The position numbers and the translations under genes were made by a program. The notes under the pieces are model-generated. The model saw only the letters and a list, made by a program, of their open reading frames with translations. It was not told the origin of the DNA and searched no databases. From Eledone cirrhosa (lineage: Eukaryota), in assembly GCA_964016885.1 (NCBI GenBank), contig OZ024741.1, forward strand, positions 71,300,001-71,364,000: a stretch of 64,000 nt of DNA, in the 5' to 3' direction. How positions within the stretch are numbered: the stretch's first letter is position 1; every line of letters begins with the position of its first letter. Below are positions 19,680-31,200 of the stretch, one piece after another.

Positions 19680-22600
19680 CAAGATGTATGGTAGGTCGTA
19701 CGTAAATCGCGATGATCACGCCTGACCTACCAAATATGCGACGGTAGCTAGTTAAGCTCTATGCATATAAGCAGAGCAGAAATATTAATGAAAAATAACA
19801 AAGGAACTATTATGACATTATAACAAGTTTATTGCCGACAGCCGTTTCGTCCGACCATATGGGGGACTTTTCAAGGCATATAACAGGTAATTGTAAGTTC
19901 ATTATTTTCATCGACGTTTCACTCAAGATTAGCAGTTTGAAATCGTGGTATACATCAGCAGCTCAGCTTGTATATTTGGGGTCTATATTCTAAGGAGGCT
20001 CTTTTATATTAGTTGTAGGAGTTGTAAAAGGGATGGGTTATAGGGAGTTAAGAGAATTTGAAAAGGGCCTAAAAGTTAGGGATTGAAGGTTAAAAATTAA
20101 AGAATTTATAAGTTACGCATTAAAAGTAAAAGACTTGGGATCTCTTAAAAGCACCTTAAAAAATCCCTCAATAAGCGCATAAAGCTTATAAGCCCCAATA
20201 AACCTAAAAAAACGAGAAGAGATTAAGAGAATAAAAAATTAAAAATAAAAAGTTTCCTAAAAAATTCCTTCAAAAGAAAAAAAATTTTTTCTAAGAAATT
20301 CCTTTAAAATTTTTTAGAAAATTTACGAAGATTTAATAATCCCTACGAAAGTTCTAAACTCAAAAATTAAAAATTAAAAATTAGGGAAAAGAACTTTCAA
20401 TAAGATTTAAGAGGTTAATAAAGTTAATGATTTAGGGAATCCATAATATAAAGATTAAGATTTAAGTTAGGATTTGAAGTTTAAGAGTTCCAAACCCAGA
20501 AATTAAAAAATTTAATGAATTTAAGATTAAGCAATCTTATATATCCAAGATTACAAATTAAGAGGTTGAACATAAAATTTAATTTTAAAAATTAAGAAAT
20601 AAATAGTTGAAAGAAATTAATCAATTAAAGGTTAATTCAAAAAGCCTTCAAAAAATCCCTCAGAAAAGGCCCCTTTAATATTTTTAATAAAAACCTCTTC
20701 CGAAAGACCCTTCAAAGAATTAAAATTTTAGAGAACCTTTAAAAATATATATAAATGAATTGAGGAAAATTACAAATAAAAAATAAAAAATTACGGGATT
20801 TGGGAGATCCGAGGAATTTCCAAAGGGTTGCTTCAACAGGTACAACAACTTAGGTATAATAAATAAAGTAATTTAAGTAATCTAATTAAGGAGCAATTCA
20901 AAGAGCTTATCAAGTTGGGCAAGATTAAAGAAAATGATAAGTAAGAAAATATATAAGCAAAAAGACAATAATTATAAAATGTATTTTTAAGAAGGTATAA
21001 AATAGCTTCAGTAATCTAATAATGTATTATCAAAAAATTATTAATATAGGATTAACAAAGACATAATAATATATTCCTGCCTAATTAACAAACAATCAAT
21101 AAACAATTAACAGTCAAGCAAATTTACTCAGGGATATCCCACGCATGGATACTTTACACACATACAGCAAGATGAACAATACAGGTGACCTTGTAGGTGC
21201 GATATCCATTGTGCGCATGCAATCATCTGCATAGCTCCAGGCACAGTTGGTCTTGTTGAAAAGTTCCGAGTTCACGAATCAACTGGGATTCACTATCAGC
21301 TGTGTGCACTCTCTGGGAGATGTACTTGTGGATCAAATAGCTAGTGGTCGCAGGGTGTGGTCCGTTCGATCTTTTCCATGTAGTTTTGGTCGTGCCAGTT
21401 ATTAAGCCATGCGTGGGATTGCACGCATTTGCGATAGATCAGCCTGCCGGTTCTAAATCCAAGGTTTTGCTGTATAGGATATATTGGTGTACATGATATA
21501 TTGGAAAAAAAGTCCAGTATCGACTTGACTGGGGTGGTACATTGCGTCTCTCGCTATTATCCCCACCTCTCACCAATTCCAAGTTCACACGTGACTGGTC
21601 AAATGCTAAGGGCTGTCCCCTCTTTGTTTGTTGTAGGGGTCGGTTCTAGCTTAGATGGTTATCCATGTTGCTTCTATATCCCGTCAGTCATGCATATTCA
21701 AGACAGATCACGGTATATATGCAGATATTTGCGGGTATGGTCCGGCGTCTACGCTATCCAAAGGATCTCTCTTGTGGTATTTTCAAATTCGCATGTTTCG
21801 GTGAATCCCATGCATGGAATATTGGGGTATCATATTACACGGGGTGACTAGCAGAAAATACATACTCCATGCTATCGCGCACGTGCAGGCCTGTGGCTAC
21901 GACCATGTCCAGTCTCGGGTAGTAGCAGACAGCAGGTAGACCAGCAAGACACACCCCAGTTCAAGGGCACAACCCCTAACTTATCGAGTGGTCAGACATC
22001 AAGGGAGTCAACTCTCCAAACCCATTATGTCAACCGTGGTATATACAAAAAAATCCTTATTAATAAAGAACTAACTCAAAAGAAATGAATGGGAGAGAAT
22101 GGGGAGGGGGATCTATTGGGGCGGGGGTTTACTAGGGGAGGGGGGTTGATTGGTTATAGGCAGGGAACGGCTGCCACATTGGGTGCTCCGCTACTGTTCC
22201 CTTGGGCAAATTCCCGAATTTGTTGATATGTATCTCCGACGGTACATCCTCAGACCAGGCAACGTGGGTCCAGGCACTCGCAATATCCCACACTGCAGGC
22301 ATCAGCGGCCCCCAGAGCGCCCAGCAACAATGCTGCCACCAATCCCACTCTGGCAAGCGGGACACAGGATCGGCTGTTCCTCACCAGAGTCCCCATCGGC
22401 AAGTGGGGAGCCGAAGCATCAATGGGGCCAGGGTTACTCAAGAGCACCCTATTCGCCAGCGGGGCAGCCATGTGCGAGACAGGGTGGGGTCAGGGTTAGG
22501 TGTCTTATCTGAAGAAAAAGAAAGAGCTAAGTATAGTATGGGGGCAGGACGAGAAGATTTCTGACTTCCTGTTGAGCAAGTTGAGTCCTGAGAATACTAT

Positions 22601-22777
22601 GGCATGAGATTCAGTTAGGCACAGGCTACAAAACCTGCTCAACGAGCTATATGGAGGAGCTTTAGTAAGGCATCTCCAGCTTAGTGTGTAGGGGGTTTTT
22701 GCTTGTTTTAAGTTATGTATGTGTCCCGCTAACGACGTGGTATTTTTAAGCTTCTCATTTCGGAAGCTATGCTGGTT
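19680..22777 (-). mobile_element. Penelope-like element, 5'-truncated: GIY-YIG C-terminus plus ~2.8 kb 3' region ending in a hammerhead
   Basis: 22777-22505 reads [49 protein letters not shown], resembling the Naiad-type PLE endonuclease tail. Hammerhead plus AATAAA near 19830. Bounded by TA arrays. Continuity of the whole span as one element is inferred. Confidence 0.75.
19831..19879 (-). ncRNA. Type I hammerhead ribozyme, U3:A8 core variant
   Basis: Minus strand: TGCC-TTGAAAA-GTCC(cccatatggtc)GGAC-GAAAC-GGCT-GTC-GGCA, then ATAAA. All three stems pair. Confidence 0.8.
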
Positions 22778-23180
22778 ATATATATATATATATATATGCT
22801 TATATATATATATATATATGCTCATATATATATATATATATGCTAATATATATATATATATATATGTGCTTATATATATATATGTGCTTATATATATATA
22901 TATATATATATATATAAGCATATATATATATATGCTTATATATGCTTATATATATATATGCTTATATATATATATGCTTATATATATATATGCTTATATA
23001 TGCTTATATATATATATGCTTATATATATGCTTATATATGCTTATATATATATATATATGCTTATATATGCTTATATATGTTTATATATATATATATGCT
23101 TATATATGCTTATATATATATATATGCTTATATATGTTTATATATATATATATATGCTTATATATATATATATATATATA
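22778..23180. repeat. (TA)n/GCTT array
   Basis: Direct inspection. Confidence 0.9.
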
Positions 23181-24321
23181 ATAATAATAATGAAATTATT
23201 GTGTAAAGTGCTCAGGAGCACCACAACTCGTCAATATAGTACATAGAATAATACACAAATGTCAGGGAAGTACATGTGTGTATGTGTTAGCTGTAGTGTT
23301 GGCGGATCTCGGGAAGCATGGAGGCTTTAAAGGATGCAGTGTCTCGAAAGCTAACAACTGATGCAGGTAGTTTGTTCCATGCTTCAGCAACTCTGAGCGT
23401 GAAAAAATGTTTCCGAAAGTCATGGGAACTGTGCTGTTTTCTTACTTTGTGGGCATGTCCACGTGTGTTAGACACATGGAAATCAAAAAGGTACTCAGGG
23501 TTGTTGTTGGCAACATGGTTAACAATTTTGTGGGTGTTTACCAAGTCAGTTGCCAGGCGTTGGAGCTTCAATGAATCCATGCCCAGGGAAGCAAGGCGCT
23601 CAGAGTATGGTAGATGCCTGATGGAGGGTATTCGCTTGGTTACACGTCTCTGAACAGTTTCCAGGTGGTCAATGTCCTGAGCAAGATAGGGGTTCCAGAC
23701 TGGTGATGCAAATTCTAAGTGTGGTCGCACCATAGCTGTATACAGCCTTAAATAGATATCTGGAGAGCGGCTGACAAAGGTCTTGCTGAGTGATGCTAAG
23801 ACACCCTCAGCCTTCTTGACAATTTTAGAGACGTGCCTCGTCCAACGCAAATCGCTGCTGATCGTAATGCCCAGGTCACGTTCACAGGAAGACTTCTTGA
23901 TATTAGTGCTGTGGAGGGAGTATGTGGACGCTGGGTTTTTACTCCCAAAATGCATGGTGGTGCACTTGTCCACAGCTAGCTTGAGTTGCCAGTCTGAGAT
24001 CCATTGTTGCATTGTGTCCTGGTCAGACTGCAAGCAAGATCTATAGTGTTCAGGATCTGTCCTTTTTATCTCAAGGTACAGCTTGATGTCGTCTGCGTAC
24101 TTTAGTACTGTGGCATTCCTTAAGTTGGCATCTATGTCATTAATATATGCCACAAACAAAAGGGGGCCAAGAACAGATCCCTGTGGTACACCAGATGACA
24201 TCTCATATAGTGAGGAATGCTGTCCCAGAACCGTGACTACCTCTCTTCGACTGAGAATGAAGGACTTCAACCAGTTAAAAAGATCATCCTTCACACCCAT
24301 TGCAGAGAGTTTTGCCATAAG
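23181..24321 (-). mobile_element. CR1-clade LINE, 5'-truncated
   Basis: [52 protein letters not shown]; (ATT)n tail. Confidence 0.93.
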
Positions 24322-24366
24322 CCTTATATATATATATAAGCTTATATATATATATGCTTATATATG

Positions 24367-24427
<61 letters not shown>

Positions 24428-24560
24428 TTATATATATATATATATATATATATAAGCATATATATATATATATATATATGCTTATATATGCTTATATATA
24501 TATATATATATATATATATGCTTATATATGCTTATATATATATATATATATATATATATA

Positions 24561-24694
24561 ACGAAGGAAATGTGGTAAGGAACCAGGTGAACCATAACGC
24601 ACCAAAGTACTCAATACTTAGGGTAGTCGAGTGGGTAATAGAAACGAGTAGGACCCCGACGGCTGAGCTCAAGCCGTTTCGACGGCTAATTCTG

Positions 24695-24697
<3 letters not shown>
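24561..24697 (-). mobile_element. 3' fragment of a hammerhead-bearing element (5' half of ribozyme lost)
   Basis: Minus strand: ..GCCGTC-GAAAC-GGCT(tgagctc)AGCC-GTC-GGGG. CTGANGA is missing at the TA junction. Confidence 0.55.
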
Positions 24698-24753
<56 letters not shown>

Positions 24754-24891
24754 CATATATATATATATATGCTTATATATGCTTATATATATATATATAT
24801 ATACTTATATATGCTTATATATATATATATATATGCTTATATATATATATATATATGCTTATATATGCTTATATATATATGCTTATATATG

Positions 24892-24949
<58 letters not shown>

Positions 24950-24952
<3 letters not shown>

Positions 24953-25575
24953 GGAAAAAATGAAACAAAATTACATTTCCCACTCTTAGTACGGCTGTTA
25001 CTTAAATATAAGTATGTACACATACATACATATATGTATACAGACGTACAGTAGTATGTATATATATATACATACATGCACACATATATATATGTACGTA
25101 TGGATTCACCGAACATTTATTATAATATTCGGTGTGTTTGTAAACAAACATCCCGAATTAAGCTGTAGTGTCCAGCAACCATCGTTGCTCATTTGTTCAA
25201 CACTGACAAAGGAGCGCTGTACTAGTTTCAAGCTTATTAGCTATCGTCAGCAACGTATACCTTCCTGCCAGATTGTTGAACGTATATACTTACCTTATGC
25301 ATATTAACGGTTGAGTAGCCTAATTTGCATATCGAGTGGGTTAATCGGCCGGGTGCACCGAAAACGATAAGCGGAAAAAATGAAACGAAATTTCATTTCC
25401 CACACTTAGTACGGCTGTTACTTAAATATAAGTATGTACACGTACATACATATATGTATACAGACGTACAGTAGTATGTATATATATATACATACATGCA
25501 TACATATATATATGTACGTATGGATTCACCGAACATTTATTATAATGCTCGGTGTGTTTGTAAACAAACAACCCG
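24950..25575 (-). mobile_element. Retrozyme-like 420-bp unit, ~1.5 tandem copies
   Basis: 24951-25155 is repeated at 25371-25575, with a hammerhead in the unique part. Flanked by TA. Confidence 0.75.
25215..25255 (-). ncRNA. Minimal type I hammerhead ribozyme
   Basis: Minus strand: CGTTG-CTGACGA-tAGCT(aata)AGCTt-GAAAC-TA-GTA-CAGCG. Stem III is the palindrome ACTAGT. Confidence 0.8.
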
Positions 25576-25815
25576 TAATATATATATATATATATATATA
25601 TATAAGCATATATATAAGCATATATAAGCATATATATTTATTAAAATAACAGATTAAAGTTTATATAAGCATATATATATATATATATATTTCGTTTCTG
25701 AATTTGTTTAGCAAGATTCTTTATCTGAAATCGTGTGTTGAAACCGATATTGTTATACTTTGGGAGGGTCATGGTGCGTGTGTTTCTTATTGGCAACATG
25801 ACCCTCCCAAAGTAT

Positions 25816-25881
<66 letters not shown>

Positions 25882-26124
25882 GTTGAAAAGGTAACACACT
25901 AGAGAGAGATACAGTGCGCTATCAATAATCAGTGTCTATAGTCTGCCTTTCATAGGTTATAGATTTCATACACTGGTGGTTTTTCCCTGTTACCTTTTCA
26001 ACATATTGTATTTTAAAGAGTTCAGGATTTCCTCTCCTTTGAGCACATTATTTACAGGGAATGGCGAGAGTCTATGGGTCCGTTAATTTATCGTATATAT
26101 ATATATACACACACATATATATAT

Positions 26125-26438
26125 GGAGGCACATAGCTTAGTGGTTAGAGCATTGGCCTTGCAATCGAAAGGTTGTGAGTTCAATTCTCAGACCGGGTGA
26201 TGTGTTATTTCCTTGAGCAAGACACTTTATTTCACATTGCTCCAGTTTACTCAGCTGTAGAAATGTGTCCCTATCATTCCACTGTAAAGTGGTCGTGGAG
26301 GTGCCACGGCAAAAAGCACCCAGCACTCACTGTAAATGAGGTTGGTGTTAGGAAGAGCATTCAGCTGTAGAAATCAAGCCAAAATCAGTTCCCGTCCCAC
26401 CCTTGCAAGCAGGGAAAAAGCGGACGTAAAATGAAATG

Positions 26439-26440
<2 letters not shown>
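26125..26440 (+). mobile_element. tRNA-derived SINE head fused to an RTE 3'UTR tail
   Basis: A box TAGCTTAGTGG, B box GAGTTCAATTC, CCTTGAGCAAGACAC core. 26280-26400 matches the RTE-B 3'UTR (17000-17150). Confidence 0.8.
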
Positions 26441-26477
<37 letters not shown>

Positions 26478-26480
<3 letters not shown>

Positions 26481-26748
26481 GTGGTTAGAGCATTGGGCTT
26501 GCAATCAAAAGGTTGTGAGTTCAATTCTTCAATTCTTGGACCGGGTGATGTGTTGTTTCCTTGAGCAAGACACTTTATTTCACGTTACTCCAGTTTACTC
26601 AGTTGTAGAAATGAGATGAGGAGGTACTGGCCTGCCCGCCCAACCAGTGGGATGGCGTTATCTTATGGCTAAAACAGCACGACGTGCTGTGACCAGCGGC
26701 GCCGAATGGACGCCCGACAGACTGGTCGGTCAAGGTGATCAAGGTGAT
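26478..26748 (+). mobile_element. tRNA-derived SINE, same head with a different tail
   Basis: Same head as 26125. Ends in (CAAGGTGAT)2. Confidence 0.7.
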
Positions 26749-26791
26749 ATATATATATATACATTTATATATATACATATATGTATACATA

Positions 26792-27139
26792 TGTAGTGAC
26801 CTACATTCCGCGGGCTCACATACATTCTCTGTGCGTGATTTGGCTCAGTTCAGCCAATCAGCGCCAGTAGAAGAGGATGTATCCCTACGCGCCCTGAGGA
26901 AGAAATTCCCCGCGAAGATTTGAAGAATCTCTAGCTTGTACCAGAAACTTCGAGCCAGCAACACGCATAATGTAACAGTGAGATATTGCACCACTAGCCT
27001 CGCCGGCTTAACGACGCAATGGCACATTCCCTAATGTAACCTCTTTTTATCTGTAACTTCAACCATATAAATAAACAAACATTTCATCTCTAATTACTGC
27101 AGTTGAAGTCGTTATTATGTTACTCTTGTCTCAATGACA
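26792..27139 (+). mobile_element. Possible solo LTR
   Basis: TGTAGTG...ATGACA termini, CCAAT box, AATAAA at ~27070. TSD not evident. Confidence 0.35.
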
Positions 27140-27959
27140 TCTTTAATCCATGCTGTAAATGGGACAAACCCGTCTAACCCATGCTAGCATGGAAGATGGA
27201 CGCTAAACGATGATGAGGATGATGATGATACACAATAGAAGACATACTGAATGACATGGTCACCAGTTCTTCGCATTCAGATTCTTATTCACCACATTCG
27301 CTGAAATACAAGAGACCAACCACAGTAACTACCATAATTGTCATCATCATCATCTATTGCTACAACTATAAACATTTCTACAACCTCAACTCAAAGGTTT
27401 CTTCCTCTACATCTCCACCTCAATCCAACAGTACAATGAAAAATATGTCAAAATATATGAAGCCGCATGTGCACCCCGCAACACAAATATAAAATCCCAA
27501 AATATGCTGTTATTCATTACACCAGAGGCTCTGCAGTGACTGCATCTTCACACATCTACCTGAGACAAGACACAATTAATATGAACACCACCAGCTAAAG
27601 CCAAAGCACACATCCCACAATAACATCAACACTACCAAACGCTAAATTAAACATAACTCAGAATCCTAAAATCCGCGAGAGATTATGTCTGCAGCTTGAC
27701 TGTCCCTTCACTCATCATCCTGGGATTCAACGCACTAACAGAAATGGGACTCCAAGCCAACATCTAACACACAAATCATCAATTGCAGCAGTAATGCTGG
27801 TCCAGACTTTTCACGAAGGTACAAAAACACAATGAAAAGTGGAAACTATAACCTGCAATGAGACTTCCAGTGACTGAAACAGTCAAAACCAGCCACTACT
27901 CTAGCCTCAACATTTCTACTCAAGGTACCAGGTGTCAGTCCTTCCCTCAAAGTACACCA

Positions 27960-28170
27960 AGCATGGAACAAACTACCTGCATCAGTTGTTAGCTGTCGAA
28001 ACACTGCATCCTTTAAAACCTCCATGGAACAAACTACCTGCATCAGTTGTTAGCTGTCGAGACACTGCATCCTTTAAAACCTCCATGCTCCCTGAGATTC
28101 GCTAACACTACACCTGATGTCCCCCCTCCATACACATGCACACATGTATTTCATGACTCGTACACTGTTC
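27960..28170 (+). mobile_element. CR1 3' fragment with a 61-bp tandem duplication
   Basis: CATGGAACAAACTACCTGCATCAGTTGTTAGC.. occurs twice. Same family as 23181-24321. Confidence 0.8.
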
Positions 28171-28222
28171 ATATATATATATACATATATATATATATAC
28201 ACACATATATATATATATACAT

Positions 28223-31200
28223 ATCATCATCATCATCATCGTTTAACGTCCATGTTCCACGCTTGCATGGGTCTGGACGGGGGTTTTCCCACTTGAGGCA
28301 AGAGTGATTATCTTGCTCGCATAGGACTATCTGACGGGTTTTCTACAGCTGGATGCCCTTCCTAACACCAACCACATTTACAGTGTGGGGCTGGGAGGTT
28401 TTTACCGTGTTGCCTACACGGCCACATTACAGCGTGAACTGTGTTTTTTTTTTGTCGTGACACCTACACAATCTCATTTGTTTCGGCCTGGATGTTGTGG
28501 CACCAACATAACTTTACATTGAAAGGGGTGGTGTGGATGGGGTGGGGGTGGTGGGACGGGGGTGTGTTTTGATAGAGATGCCAGACAGTCCTATGCGAGC
28601 AAGACAATCACTCTTGCCTCAAGTGGGACTACCCCCGTCCAAACCCATGCAAGCGTGGAACACGGACGTTAAACGTTGATGATGATGATGATGATGATGC
28701 CTACTGACTGTAGTAGGTTTTACTTTGTATTTAGGTAAGGCGGGTCTTCTCTATTACTGAGTACCGCCAAAGGTCTCGGTCCAGTGACATTGTCTTGGAG
28801 AGGTGTAAGTGTGTGAGGTCGGAATTTATCAGCTCGTCCCAGGTTTTTCTGGGTCTGCCTATTCCGTGGCTACTGTCTATCTTTATTGCCCTGCACTTTG
28901 TTATACAGCTATCGTCTTTCGTGCGCATCACGTGACCATACCAACGTAGCCTTCTCTCGAGTAAACAACATCTGATCCCTCTTATTTCTAATTTTTTCCT
29001 TAGTTCGTTTATGCTTTGCCGTTCACGTATATTACTATTACACATCCAGCGGAGCATGCAAGCTTCGTTCCTCTCTAGTCTGCGTATATCCTCTGCACAC
29101 AATGCCCAGGTCTCACTGCCATGCAACATTGCTGTTCGTATGCAGGCATCATACAACCTGCCTTTCATTTTTAGGGAGAACCCTTTAGCGGCTAATAGTG
29201 GTATAAGCTCTCTGAATTTTTTCCATCCAGTTCTGACTCTAGCTACTGTACTTTCAGAGCACCCTCCCCCACTGCTGATTTTGTCACCCAGGTAACGGAA
29301 GCTGTCCACTATTTCTATAGAACCCTCTGCGCAGTTGAAAGAGCTAGTATTTTGTGGGCACTTGCTGCTACTTATTGCACCAGAGCACCAGCCACATGTA
29401 AAATCTATGTTCTTAGTTAGCTTACCTGTGATCCCACTACATCTTTTATGCAACCATACTTTGCATTTGGGACACAAAATGGAGTTTCTACCTATGCCTT
29501 TCCTACACACTGAGCATGGCCACTTCCCGGAAGGGACCGCTGCCTTATTTTCTTTCTTACAAACTAGAACTTTAGTCTTAGCCAGGTTAATTTTAAGGCC
29601 TTTTGATTCTAGGCCGTGCTTCCATGTTTGGAATTTCTTCTCTAGCTCGGCCATTGATTCAGCTATGAGTGTTAGGTCATCTGCGTATAGGAGTTCCCAT
29701 GGGCAACCGGTCTTGAACTCCTCTGTTATAGCCTGAAGGGCAATAATAAATAGGAGGGGGCTAAGGACAGAGCCTTGATGAACACCAACTTTTACACTAA
29801 ATTCTTCACTATGTTCGTTGTTAATTCTAACCTTACTGACTGATTCTTTATACATGGCTTGTATAGCTCTCACAAGCCATTCATCAACACCTAGTTTTCT
29901 AAGAGCCCACCAGATAATGGAACGGGGGACTCTGTCGAAGGCTTTCTCCAAGTCGACAAAAGCTAAGTATAGGGGTTTACTTTTAACTAGGTACTTCTCC
30001 TGTAGTTGTCGTACAATGAAAAGAGCGTCTGTGGTACTTTTGCCTGACACAAACCCGAACTGCATTTCATCTAGATCAATTCTCTCTCTGATTAGTTGCG
30101 CTATTACTTTTTCCGTGACCTTCATGACCTGGTCGATTAATTTAATGCCTCTATAGTTACTCCTATCTAGGGCATCTCCTTTACCCTTATAACAGTTAAC
30201 GATGATGCTGCTACGCCAGTCCTTCGGAACAACCCCATTCTGTACGACTTGGTTAACTATCCGGGTGACCATGGTGTGTCCCACCGTACCAGATGCCTTC
30301 AGCATCTCGGCAACTATTTCCAAAGGCCCAGCCGCCTTACCCATCTTCATATCTTTGATTGCCTTACTTATTATACTATCCTCGACTAACACTGCTGGTC
30401 CCTCTATTGGGTCGATGTGGGGGAGACTGTCTTTCTCCCATTTATTCTCCTCATTTAGTAGCCTTTCATAGTGACACTTCCAAGCTACCTTCTTATCAGC
30501 GTCGGTGATGGCAAGTACGCCGTCATCATTAAGTACACACTTCTCCCCGACAATATCACGGTTTTCCTTGACACATTGCCTAGCAATCCTGAACACCTCA
30601 CGTTTTTGGTCATCGCGTTGTAGAACATGCTTGAACTTTCTTTCCTCTGCTTCCCTTCTTGCGAAGTACACTTGTCTCCTAGCTTCCCTCCTGGCCACTT
30701 GATAGTCTTCTCTGCTTCCCCCATCCCGCCATACTTTCCAAGCCTGCTGTTTGGCCTTAATTGACCCCTCCACCTTACTGTTCCACCACCATGTTACTCT
30801 CCTCCTGCCTACAGGCCTGCTCCAGCCACAGACTTCGTCTGCCGCCATCAGCAGGTTTGCTTTCAGGAATTCCCACTGCTCCTCTATATTGTACGACTCT
30901 AATTGCTCTTCCTTACTGTCGAAAGCATCAAGTAGTATACTTTTGAATTTATTTCTGGCTGTGGGGTCCTTTAGCTTCCATATTTTTCTCCTGAGGATAG
31001 TCCTCTTCTGTTGTCTAGTACGTCTCGTCCTGACTATTAGGTCGCTAATTATCAGTCTATGTTGGGAGGTACATTCTTCATGGGGGAGGGATTTAGTGTT
31101 TACAACAGACACTCTGTCACGTCTTCTGGTAAGGATATAATCTACCTGGCTTGTGTGTTCCCCCGATCTATAGGTGATCAGGTGATTGTCACGTTTTTTG

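Noticed and set aside
19908-19972. Second hammerhead-like motif (minus strand CTGATGT...GAAACGTC)
   Set aside because: A9 is missing and stem I does not pair.
21501-22564. Short ORFs in the Penelope 3' region
   Set aside because: No recognisable motifs; they overlap on both strands, as expected for GC-richer non-coding DNA.
12585-31140. Antisense ORFs overlapping RTE and CR1 coding regions
   Set aside because: Shadow frames of the retrotransposon ORFs.
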